Counted from the first letter of the stretch, positions 1 to 7,665 are shown. The stretch is 24,000 bases of DNA from Haloplasmataceae bacterium (GCA_029240795.1 JARDZP010000016.1:6516-30515), one strand, 5' to 3'. Notes: generated from the sequence alone by a model not told the origin. Translations and numbers: made by a program.

Positions 1-433
1 TAACAATTAATTTTCTTTTACCGTGAATGAGTTCCACTTCTCCTTCAAGAATATAACCAAACTCTTCACCTGGATGTGGTGTATGTTTATAAGTAGAACC
101 ACCTGAATTTAACTCAACTAAAATGGGTTCCATCTCATTTTTTTGCGCATTTGGAACAATCCAATTAATAGTCATATTAGCTTCCTCGTCATTTTTTATA
201 AAGACATCTTCCGCTTTAAACACGATTTTTTCATCACTATCTTCTTCAAAAAACTCACTAATTGAAGTTCCTAAAGCTTCTAGGATATCGCAAAGTGTTG
301 CGATAGAAGGCGAGGTCATTTCTCTTTCTAATTGTGATATAAAACCTTTTGTTAATTCACAACGATCTGCTAATTCTTCTTGAGTCAAACCATTTTCCAT
401 TCTTAATCTTTTGATTTTGCTACCAATATTCAT
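1..433 (-). CDS. XRE-family HTH transcriptional regulator with C-terminal cupin domain (partial; 3' end runs off the window)
   Basis: Absent from the ORF track because no stop lies inside the window. A reverse-strand ATG at 433..431 follows a GGGAG SD. Translation MNIGSKIKRLRMENGLTQEELADRCELTKGFISQLEREMTSPSIATLCDILEALG is a classic Cro/C1 HTH. It continues ...GGSTYKHTPHPGEEFGYILEGEVELIHG, which is cupin-like. The + ORF 123..383 is its antisense shadow. Confidence 0.8.
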   Translation of the reverse strand, partial: MNIGSKIKRLRMENGLTQEELADRCELTKGFISQLEREMTSPSIATLCDILEALGTSISEFFEEDSDEKIVFKAEDVFIKNDEEANMTINWIVPNAQKNEMEPILVELNSGGSTYKHTPHPGEEFGYILEGEVELIHGKRKLIV

Positions 434-448
434 ATCATCACTCCCTTG

Positions 449-484
449 AGTAAAAAGTTTTACTAATTTAAACTTCAAGTTTAA
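449..484. promoter_or_regulatory. Two adjacent palindromes in the leader of the XRE/cupin gene (candidate autoregulatory operators)
   Basis: AGTAAAA-AG-TTTTACT at 449..464 and TTAAACTT-C-AAGTTTAA at 468..484. Both lie between the predicted -10 and the SD. The 1-2 nt centres are too short for RNA hairpin loops, so DNA operators are more likely. Confidence 0.3.
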
Positions 485-503
485 TTATCATAAACAATTT
501 ATA

Positions 504-531
504 ATTATATTAGATTTTCACATAATGTCAA
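504..531 (-). promoter_or_regulatory. sigmaA-type promoter for the XRE/cupin gene
   Basis: On the reverse strand: TTGACA (531..526), 16-nt spacer, TATAAT (509..504). Confidence 0.5.
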
Positions 532-610
532 TCGTTTTTTGTTTAAAAAAAATATTATTTTTGTTTACTATAAGTAAACCGTTTTCACGATAAATAAAAC
601 AAAAAATAAT

Positions 611-646
611 CAAAAGAAAAAGTTAATCTTCTTTAAAGACTAACTT
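611..646 (-). terminator. Rho-independent terminator after the SF1 NTPase gene
   Basis: An 11-bp stem (620..630 pairs with 636..646, one mismatch) with a 5-nt loop. A U-rich tract follows on the reverse strand (A-rich 611..619 on +). It sits directly after the stop at 650. Confidence 0.5.
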
Positions 647-649
647 TCA

Positions 650-2440
650 TTATTTGTTAGGTATATCTTTAATTCTTACGAATTCATTGTTGACATTTTT
701 AAATGTCAAATAATGATTAATATCATAAATAACTACATGGCTTAAATTTTGACCATTTTGTAAAATTTTACCTATTAATTCGTTATCGATATTATTATCT
801 AATATTTTTATTCCGATTAAATTCTGTTTGTCTTTAATTATAAAATCAAATAGTAAATCAACTGAAAAATCTTCGCTATTATAATTATAATTTTTAATTA
901 AATTCTCTTTAATCCAAACGATAAATTCTGATTTACGATAAATAGTTAAGGTTGATTTAATATGAAACTTAGACGCAACTTCAAAGACAAAATCGTCGTA
1001 GTTTATATTTGAAGGTAACAGTAAGTGTGATGGATCAGCAACTGAAGAGTTGATGATTAAAAAGTCTTTAGCGATACTGGTTGATAAGTAAAAGTAAATC
1101 GAATCAATATAATTGTTTGCGATATTGATTATGCGATTAATTGGTCCTACACAAAGCTTTTTATTATCAGCATCATATAAAATAACTACTTTATAATCAC
1201 AACTCACTAATTCATTTTTAGTTATAAATGTTAGTGCATCATTTTGAGAATTTTCAAAGTGTTCATATATAGTAATCACATTTATTTTATGCTGTAAACA
1301 CAAATCATGTACATCTTTTAAACTTTTTTCATCGTAGAAAATAACTAAAATATCACTTAACTTGTAATCCATATTATTGATTAATAAATCTAATCGATCA
1401 AAAAAGACTTCTTGTTTTTCATCCATACTTTTATTATAAAAATAGGTCAGAACCGATTTATTATCCATTTTATTATACTGTGAAGTATAATTTAATTTCG
1501 CGTTAATAATTTCATTATTTGTCATATTAGCTTTAATAATATTAAAAACATTACGACTATTGCGATAATTCACATCTAAAGTAACACTATTATTTATTGC
1601 TTTAAATAAAATACTATTTTTAAAATTACGATATTTATCTTTGGCTTTTAAATCATCATATGTTAATAGTAAAGAGTGTTTATCACTATTTTGATTATAT
1701 AAATAATATAGGATATCTAACTCTACTCTCGTAAAATCTTCTGTATCATCAACTAATATGATTGAAAATGTAAGGGCTAATTCATTATGTTCATAGTGTT
1801 GATATAATAAGCGTAAAAAGCTTTGGTAAAATGTTTGTTCATCAAATAAGTCTTCATTTAACACTTTATTTAAAAATTCATTATATATACTCCATATATA
1901 TTGTTTTTCTCTAAATGATAATAACCCTTTTTTAAATGATTTACGTGGTTTATTTAAATATTGCTTTAATTCAATTTTTAGAACTTCTTCCATACTTTCA
2001 TTTTCTTTTACGCAAATATTTTCCTGAATAAAATTAATTTCATTGAGTACAAACTCAACTGTAAAATCAATTTTTAAATCATTATGTAGATATTCCATGA
2101 TATCTTCAATGAATTCTTTTTTTCTTTCCGGATTAATTGTATTTTCAAATAAAGGTAAATTCATTCTTTTTAAGTACTTATGAATCAATTCATTCATTGA
2201 ATAAATATTAAACACATTATATTTTGAAGTAAATTTATTGTAATGATTTAGAGCAATCATTTTTTTTAATTCATCACTAACAATATAAACTGTTTCATTT
2301 CGTGTATGAGCATCAGCATATAATTTTTCATACTTTTTTAATAATGCTGTTGTTTTACCAACACCTGAATACCCCTCAATTAATACATTTTCAGAAATTG
2401 TTGAATTAACAATTAATTGTTGTTTATTAGATAATTCCAC
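650..2440 (-). CDS. Divergent UvrD/PcrA-like SF1 P-loop NTPase with eroded helicase motifs and a C-terminal extension of about 120 aa of unknown function
   Basis: ORF-track frame 650..2452. I prefer the GTG at 2440 because AGGTGGTG (2447..2454) is the only SD-like element, and the track start lies inside it. N-terminus LSNKQQLIVNS...LIEGYSGVGKTT matches UvrD motif Q/I (Walker A, 2348..2374). ILVDDTEDF corresponds to motif II (DEFQD), and LDVNYRNSRNV to motif IV (NYRS). Motifs III, V and VI are barely recognisable. The start is 24 nt downstream of the PHP gene stop, so this is an operon. Confidence 0.7.
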   Translation of the reverse strand: MELSNKQQLIVNSTISENVLIEGYSGVGKTTALLKKYEKLYADAHTRNETVYIVSDELKKMIALNHYNKFTSKYNVFNIYSMNELIHKYLKRMNLPLFENTINPERKKEFIEDIMEYLHNDLKIDFTVEFVLNEINFIQENICVKENESMEEVLKIELKQYLNKPRKSFKKGLLSFREKQYIWSIYNEFLNKVLNEDLFDEQTFYQSFLRLLYQHYEHNELALTFSIILVDDTEDFTRVELDILYYLYNQNSDKHSLLLTYDDLKAKDKYRNFKNSILFKAINNSVTLDVNYRNSRNVFNIIKANMTNNEIINAKLNYTSQYNKMDNKSVLTYFYNKSMDEKQEVFFDRLDLLINNMDYKLSDILVIFYDEKSLKDVHDLCLQHKINVITIYEHFENSQNDALTFITKNELVSCDYKVVILYDADNKKLCVGPINRIINIANNYIDSIYFYLSTSIAKDFLIINSSVADPSHLLLPSNINYDDFVFEVASKFHIKSTLTIYRKSEFIVWIKENLIKNYNYNSEDFSVDLLFDFIIKDKQNLIGIKILDNNIDNELIGKILQNGQNLSHVVIYDINHYLTFKNVNNEFVRIKDIPNK

Positions 2441-2464
2441 TTTTACCACCACCTATTATTTATT

Positions 2465-3229
2465 TTAAAAACATGTATCTACTACATTTAAACCATATTC
2501 CTTTGCTAATGATTTTGCTAATAAATCATATTTGTCATTTAATAATTTTGGATTATGACAATCTGAATTAACGAGTACTTTTACATTATATTCTTTTATT
2601 ATATCCCAAAACGGCTTATATGGGTAGAGATAACGTTCTTCATTATGTACCTTTTTTATTCCTCTACGTAACCCGTTCGCGTTAAATTCTAAAATAAAAT
2701 CATATTCTATACATAATTCAGCTAATCTTTTTGTATATTCTTTGGCTACATCATTAAAATTATAAGTAAAACCAAAAAGATCAGGATGAGCGACAAACTT
2801 AAAATACTTGGACTTAACTCCTTTAAAAATTGTTTCAAAATAACCAATTAACATCGTGTCATTTTGGATATCAAAGGCACTATAATAATTATTTTTATAA
2901 AAATAGTTATGTGGTGCTAAAATCAAATAATCGAGTTTAGTTAGTAATTCCTTGTAGTAATCGTTGAATTCTTCATAAAATTCAATTTCTAATCCTGAAT
3001 AAACTTTAATTTGCTTATGAAATTTTTGCTTAGCTTCATTAACTTCCTCAATGTATCCATTTAACTCAGACATATCCATTCTATCTTTATGGTACTTTGG
3101 CATCGGAGCATGATCTGAAATACCTATCATATCGTATTTCTCTTCTATTGCCTTTTCCACATAATCACTCACATTACCACTTGCATGTTTGCATCGTACA
3201 TTATGTGTATGAAAATTTGTCAACATCAT
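2465..3229 (-). CDS. PHP-domain phosphoesterase, HisJ-type histidinol-phosphatase family
   Basis: 254 aa. FHTHNVRCKHASG...ISDHAP...GLEIEF...LAPHNY...VAHPDL...EFNANGLRRG...NSDCHNP reproduces the HisJ/PHP metal-ligand pattern (HxH, H, E, H, H, D, H). Confidence 0.85.
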   Translation of the reverse strand: MMLTNFHTHNVRCKHASGNVSDYVEKAIEEKYDMIGISDHAPMPKYHKDRMDMSELNGYIEEVNEAKQKFHKQIKVYSGLEIEFYEEFNDYYKELLTKLDYLILAPHNYFYKNNYYSAFDIQNDTMLIGYFETIFKGVKSKYFKFVAHPDLFGFTYNFNDVAKEYTKRLAELCIEYDFILEFNANGLRRGIKKVHNEERYLYPYKPFWDIIKEYNVKVLVNSDCHNPKLLNDKYDLLAKSLAKEYGLNVVDTCF

Positions 3230-3539
3230 TTTTTCAACTTCTTTCTATATTGTCTCAACTTTAAAATCATATTTCTGCAATAATAAAACAATAAATAGTA
3301 CATTTAATGTTGATAAGAGAATAAATAAAATAAAGATAATACACATTAAAATCACTTATAACACGGTAAAGTAACTTTAAAGCAATATAGATTGTATAAG
3401 TGGTGATATAAATTGACTGAACTTAATCGTAATGAAAAAAGTAGAGTTTTTGAGAAGATTTAATATTCGTTACAATCCCCTAAAGTGGTATAAATAAATA
3501 GTGTGAACATAAAAATAATGTTGCCTTTCCTATTTTACA

Positions 3540-4544
3540 TTAGAATGTTTGGTACTTGCCTATGCGCATTTTACGCCACTTAGCCGAGCGTCCTTTACCA
3601 GTTGGCTCAATAATTCCCTTTTCGCGTAAACTTTTAAGCGAGCGATTTATTGTTGAATCACTGATGTATGGATTAAAACTTCGTATATCTTCTTTAGTAA
3701 AAGTTGTTGTAAAACTGTTTACAATTTGTTCAACTAATTCTTCTTTACTAAATTCTTTATCACTTTGAAAATTTCTACATAATTTTTCTAAGTTAGAATA
3801 CATCATATTCAAAGTATCCATGATAAATATATTAAAATAATGATATTGAGGTAAGCCAATGCCCCAATTTAAAGAAGACTTATTTACTGCTTCAACAAAT
3901 TTTTCTTCATCATTAAAAATTGCATTTATGAAACTTACGTGATCGACAATTTTAAAGCCATATTGTTTTAATAAAAGTAATAAAATAACTATACCAATAT
4001 ATTCGTTATAATTATCAAAAATCCTTAAATTAATGAAATCAATGGTAAATGAACAAAACAAAGTGATTAACTCACATTCATTTTCAGCGATTAGTTTATT
4101 AAATTGTGTAATTAAATTATCAAATTCAGCTTTTTTTTCTACTCGATTTCGTTTTTTATCAATACAAGAATTAGGATCATAATCTTTAAAGATAAACTCT
4201 TGTATTTCTATGATTCCACTAGAGGTTAATTTCCAATTTGATTCAGCTTTATGCATGATTTGAAATGATTTTAATAAGTTTGTTATTAACTTTTCTTTAC
4301 GATTTGAAGGTGTAAAATCTTGTTGAGTAAGTAATTTATACTTTTGATTAGATATATCAATATGAAGTAAATGACCAGAGAATTCAGCATCATTTTCAAT
4401 CACGGTTTGTTTTATTACTTTAATATCATTTGCAATTAATGAATTATAATATAGCTCTTTTCCTTTATTTTCATATAGTTTTGCTATTTTTGCTATTAAT
4501 TGTGGTGAAAAAGGTGAGGTCTTTATATTTGGAAAAAAAAACAT
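3540..4544 (-). CDS. Fic-fold protein with degenerate active-site motif and C-terminal winged-helix DNA-binding domain
   Basis: 334 aa. AGGGGGA SD lies 6 nt upstream of the ATG. The layout matches the Fic_N / Fic core / wHTH architecture. The segment LRIFDNYNEYIGIVILLLLLKQYG (motif at 3999..4025) aligns with IHPFxDGNGRxGRLLxxLLLxxxG. The C-terminus is STINRSLKSLREKGIIEPTGKGRSAKWRK, which is wHTH-like. Confidence 0.6.
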   Translation of the reverse strand: MFFFPNIKTSPFSPQLIAKIAKLYENKGKELYYNSLIANDIKVIKQTVIENDAEFSGHLLHIDISNQKYKLLTQQDFTPSNRKEKLITNLLKSFQIMHKAESNWKLTSSGIIEIQEFIFKDYDPNSCIDKKRNRVEKKAEFDNLITQFNKLIAENECELITLFCSFTIDFINLRIFDNYNEYIGIVILLLLLKQYGFKIVDHVSFINAIFNDEEKFVEAVNKSSLNWGIGLPQYHYFNIFIMDTLNMMYSNLEKLCRNFQSDKEFSKEELVEQIVNSFTTTFTKEDIRSFNPYISDSTINRSLKSLREKGIIEPTGKGRSAKWRKMRIGKYQTF

Positions 4545-4575
4545 ATTTATTCCCCCTTTTTTTAGGTATATTTTA

Positions 4576-4604
4576 ATTATAGCTGATTTGAATTGATTTG
4601 AAAA
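4576..4604 (-). promoter_or_regulatory. Candidate promoter of the Fic-like gene, overlapped by a tandem 10-nt direct repeat
   Basis: Reverse-strand TATAAT (4581..4576) with a weak -35 (TTTTCA/TTTCAA around 4598..4604). On the + strand, TGATTTGAAT/TGATTTGAAA is a tandem repeat at 4584..4603 covering the spacer and -35. Confidence 0.35.
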
Positions 4605-4690
4605 TAATTATTTACTAATTTTGTTAAAAATCATCAAATAAATATACTCAAGTTTTTATAATGGGTAAAATAAAATGCATTATTATGTAT

Positions 4691-4720
4691 AAAAAAAGAC
4701 TTTCCTTTTGGGAAAATCTT
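4691..4720 (-). terminator. Rho-independent terminator ending the parE-parC-membrane protein transcription unit
   Basis: On the reverse strand: AAGATTTTCCC-AAAA-GGAAAGTCTT followed by a run of T. It lies 7 nt after the stop at 4727. Confidence 0.6.
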
Positions 4721-4726
4721 AAGTTT

Positions 4727-5059
4727 TTATAGAATTACAAAATTAAAAACAGTAAATATAACAGTAAAACCAATCAAATACAAAACTGCATTTAAAATAA
4801 ACTTAAATGGCCCTTTAAATACACCTTTAATATCACCACCGATGATATCAAGACCTAAAAACATAATAGTAAAAATTAATATTTGTTTAGTACTTCCCAA
4901 ATGTTTGGTAAAAAAATCACTCGTATAGTCATGTAATGGGGATGGAGTTTTGAGCTTGTCCATTAAGAAATCTAAATTGTTAGTGGTAATAAACTTAAGT
5001 AAATAATTACCTAAAATGAATGCTAATGAAAACCATAAAATTTTAACGATTGTCTTCAA
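4727..5059 (-). CDS. Small integral membrane protein (hypothetical)
   Basis: Track ORF is 4727..5104. AGGGGGA SD (5064..5070) followed by TTG at 5059 gives a 110-aa product, LKTIVKILWFSLAFILGNYLL... It has several hydrophobic segments and no recognisable family. Confidence 0.55.
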   Translation of the reverse strand: MKTIVKILWFSLAFILGNYLLKFITTNNLDFLMDKLKTPSPLHDYTSDFFTKHLGSTKQILIFTIMFLGLDIIGGDIKGVFKGPFKFILNAVLYLIGFTVIFTVFNFVIL

Positions 5060-5095
5060 GGTTGATCCCCCTATAAATATTATATATTTTACATA

Positions 5096-5124
5096 ATTAT
5101 ACAATATTTACCATTTTTAGTCAA
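5096..5124 (-). promoter_or_regulatory. Strong sigmaA-type promoter for the small membrane protein gene
   Basis: On the reverse strand: TTGACT (5124..5119), 17-nt spacer, TGtATAAT extended -10 (hexamer 5101..5096). It starts 10 nt after the parC stop. Confidence 0.55.
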
Positions 5125-5133
5125 TTATGAATC

Positions 5134-7665
5134 TTATTTATCGCTAAAATTATCTAAATCAAACTCTATTTGTTTAACTTTTTCTTCTTTATTTACTTTA
5201 GTAGTCGGTCTGTTAATCACTTTAGGTGTAAAATTAACAGATTTATTCGTTGATAATTCAATAACTGATTTTAAATTTATGTTTTCATTAAATTTTTCAT
5301 ACAATTTACCATTACTTGGTATTTCTGAATAAGAGTTAATATTATTTTTAATTAAATCAAAAGCTTCATCTATTTCAACCATAAAATTGTCATTATTATC
5401 GACTAGTACTGCCCCAATATATTCATGAGAATTCTTTTTAAGTGATTTAAGAGTCATTTGTCCCCTATTTGTTCTTACTGAAAAATCAATATCTTGATGT
5501 TTAATCTTCTTAATATTCCCTCGTTGTGTTAATAATACTAGATCATAATTATCATTATAAATATATACAAATGCTACTACTACATCATTTTCTTTTAAAT
5601 TGATACTCTTAACACCAGCAGCTTTAAGTCCAATAATAGGAACTTGACTTTCATCGTATTTATTGATGTAACCTTGTTTTGTAATCAATAATACTTCACG
5701 ATCTTTATCATCAGACAAATAAACATTTAATAAAGCATCATCTTCCGATTTTAAATTAATCGCTGTGTATGTTTTGTTATTTCGAGATGTATTAAACTCA
5801 ATAAGGTTAGTTCGTTTAATGTATCCTTCTTTGGTCGCTAATATAATTTGTTTACTATCTTCAAAATTACTAACTTGAATCACTTTTACAATAAATTCAT
5901 CAGGTTCAATACGGATAAAATCATTTAAATGTTGTTTAAATTCATTTTTAACTATTTCTATTTGATGAACATTTAGAAGCGCATAATTTCCTTTGTTTGT
6001 AAAGATAAGTAATTTGTCTAAGGTATTAACCATTAAATTGCCGATGATATAGTCTTTTGTAGTTAAACTACTACTATCAATTTGAATTTGTTCGTTAGGT
6101 TTTGCTCTTAATGCTCTAATATAACCTTGTCGTGTTATATTAAATAATACCTCTTCTGATTTAATCATCTCGATTTTTTCTATTTGAATTTCTTCAATAT
6201 TTTGTTGAATTTCGGTTCTACGCGGTGATTTATATATTTTTTTAATATCTTCCATTTCTTTTATAATCACTTGAACGAGTATTAATTCATTATTAATTAT
6301 TTCCAGTAATTCGGCGATATATTTAGTTAGTTCATCAGATTCTTCAATTAATACAGCAACATCTGTTGAAGATAAACGGTAAAGTTGTAATGTCACGATT
6401 GCTTCAGCCTGTTCTTGTGTAAAACCAAATTTAGCGATAATATTTTCTTTTGAATCCGCTTTATTTTTAGAAGCTCTAATCGTATGAATGACTTCATCTA
6501 AGATGGACACCATTTTTATAAGTCCTTCTAAGATGTGAAGTCTTTTACGTGACTTAGTTAACTCGTAATTTGAACGATTAAGCACGACTTCTTTTTGATG
6601 TTCAATATAAGCATCCATTATACTTAGTATTCCCATTTGTTTGGGATGTTTGTTGTGAATAACAATCATATTATAGTTATAATTGATTTTTAATTCAGTA
6701 TTTTTTAGTAAATAGTTAACGATTAAATCTTTATTTGCATCTTTTTTTACATCAAGTGCAATTCGTAATCCATCTTTATCAGACTCGTCACGCACTTCTT
6801 CTAAATCATCTAATATCTTTTCTATACGAATATCTTCCATTTTTTTAAGTAAAGTAGATTTATTAACTTCATATGGAATTTCCGTAATGACAATTTGACT
6901 TTTCTTATCATCGTATTCGTATTTACAGCGAATAACAACTTTTCCTCTTCCCGTTTCAAAAGCCGATTTTATCCCTTCAATTCCTTGTACGATTCCACCT
7001 GTTGGGAAATCAGGACCTTGAACGATTTTCATAATATCATCCAATGAACAAAGGGGATGTTTTAGACGGTAAACTGTCCCAGATATAATTTCTTCTATAT
7101 TGTGTGGTGGAATGTCAGTCGCATATCCTGCTGATATTCCTGTTGAGCCATTGACTAAAATATTTGGAAAACGACTTGGTAGTACAATGGGTTCTGTTTC
7201 TGTATCATCAAAGTTATAGACAAAATCAACGGTTTGCTTATCAAGGTCACGTAATAATGTTTCAGCAATCTTCGATAACCTAGCTTCAGTATAACGCATC
7301 GCTGCAGGTGGGTCATTATCTATACTACCATTATTCCCGTGCATATCAACTAATGGTTCACGCATTTTCCAATCTTGACTTAAACGAACCATTGCTTCAT
7401 AGACAGATTGATCACCATGTGGATGGTAATTACCAATAATATTTCCTACCGCTTTTGCTGACTTACGAAAAATATTATCACTCGTATTTTTTTCTTTATA
7501 CATCGAATATAAAATTCTTCTTTGAACTGGTTTTAGACCATCTCTAACATCAGGTAAAGCCCGTTCTTGGATAATATGTTTCGAGTAACGAGCAAATCGT
7601 TCACTAAGAACTGTTTCAATTTTCTCGTCAATGATTTTACTTAGTTCTGTAAAGTTTTTACTCAT
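5134..7665 (-). CDS. parC: DNA topoisomerase IV subunit A
   Basis: 843 aa. ALPDVRDGLKPVQRRILY, NYHPHGDQSVYEAMVRLSQDW and HGNNGSIDNDPPAAMRYTEARL form the Gram-positive ParC signature, with the catalytic Tyr in AAMRYTE. The start overlaps the parE stop (TAATG) and plsY is adjacent, as in Bacillus and Staphylococcus. Confidence 0.95.
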   Translation of the reverse strand: MSKNFTELSKIIDEKIETVLSERFARYSKHIIQERALPDVRDGLKPVQRRILYSMYKEKNTSDNIFRKSAKAVGNIIGNYHPHGDQSVYEAMVRLSQDWKMREPLVDMHGNNGSIDNDPPAAMRYTEARLSKIAETLLRDLDKQTVDFVYNFDDTETEPIVLPSRFPNILVNGSTGISAGYATDIPPHNIEEIISGTVYRLKHPLCSLDDIMKIVQGPDFPTGGIVQGIEGIKSAFETGRGKVVIRCKYEYDDKKSQIVITEIPYEVNKSTLLKKMEDIRIEKILDDLEEVRDESDKDGLRIALDVKKDANKDLIVNYLLKNTELKINYNYNMIVIHNKHPKQMGILSIMDAYIEHQKEVVLNRSNYELTKSRKRLHILEGLIKMVSILDEVIHTIRASKNKADSKENIIAKFGFTQEQAEAIVTLQLYRLSSTDVAVLIEESDELTKYIAELLEIINNELILVQVIIKEMEDIKKIYKSPRRTEIQQNIEEIQIEKIEMIKSEEVLFNITRQGYIRALRAKPNEQIQIDSSSLTTKDYIIGNLMVNTLDKLLIFTNKGNYALLNVHQIEIVKNEFKQHLNDFIRIEPDEFIVKVIQVSNFEDSKQIILATKEGYIKRTNLIEFNTSRNNKTYTAINLKSEDDALLNVYLSDDKDREVLLITKQGYINKYDESQVPIIGLKAAGVKSINLKENDVVVAFVYIYNDNYDLVLLTQRGNIKKIKHQDIDFSVRTNRGQMTLKSLKKNSHEYIGAVLVDNNDNFMVEIDEAFDLIKNNINSYSEIPSNGKLYEKFNENINLKSVIELSTNKSVNFTPKVINRPTTKVNKEEKVKQIEFDLDNFSDK

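Noticed and set aside
123-383. 86-aa + strand ORF from the track
   Set aside because: It lies entirely antisense to a much better gene, the XRE/cupin regulator (1..433, minus strand), which has a clear HTH and an SD. The + strand product is low-complexity Ser/Ile-rich with no SD.
3432-3497. 21-codon + strand ORF (MKKVEFLRRFNIRYNPLKWYK) in the 310-bp gap between the Fic-like and PHP genes
   Set aside because: There is no SD or promoter. It lies on the strand opposite to all surrounding transcription and is indistinguishable from chance.
3488-3539. Possible terminator after the Fic-like gene (AACAT...ATGTT)
   Set aside because: The stem is only 5-6 bp with a long AT loop and a poor U tract, so it is too weak to report as a terminator.
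3556-3768. 70-aa + strand ORF
   Set aside because: It is an antisense shadow inside the Fic-like gene, with no SD and no recognisable sequence.
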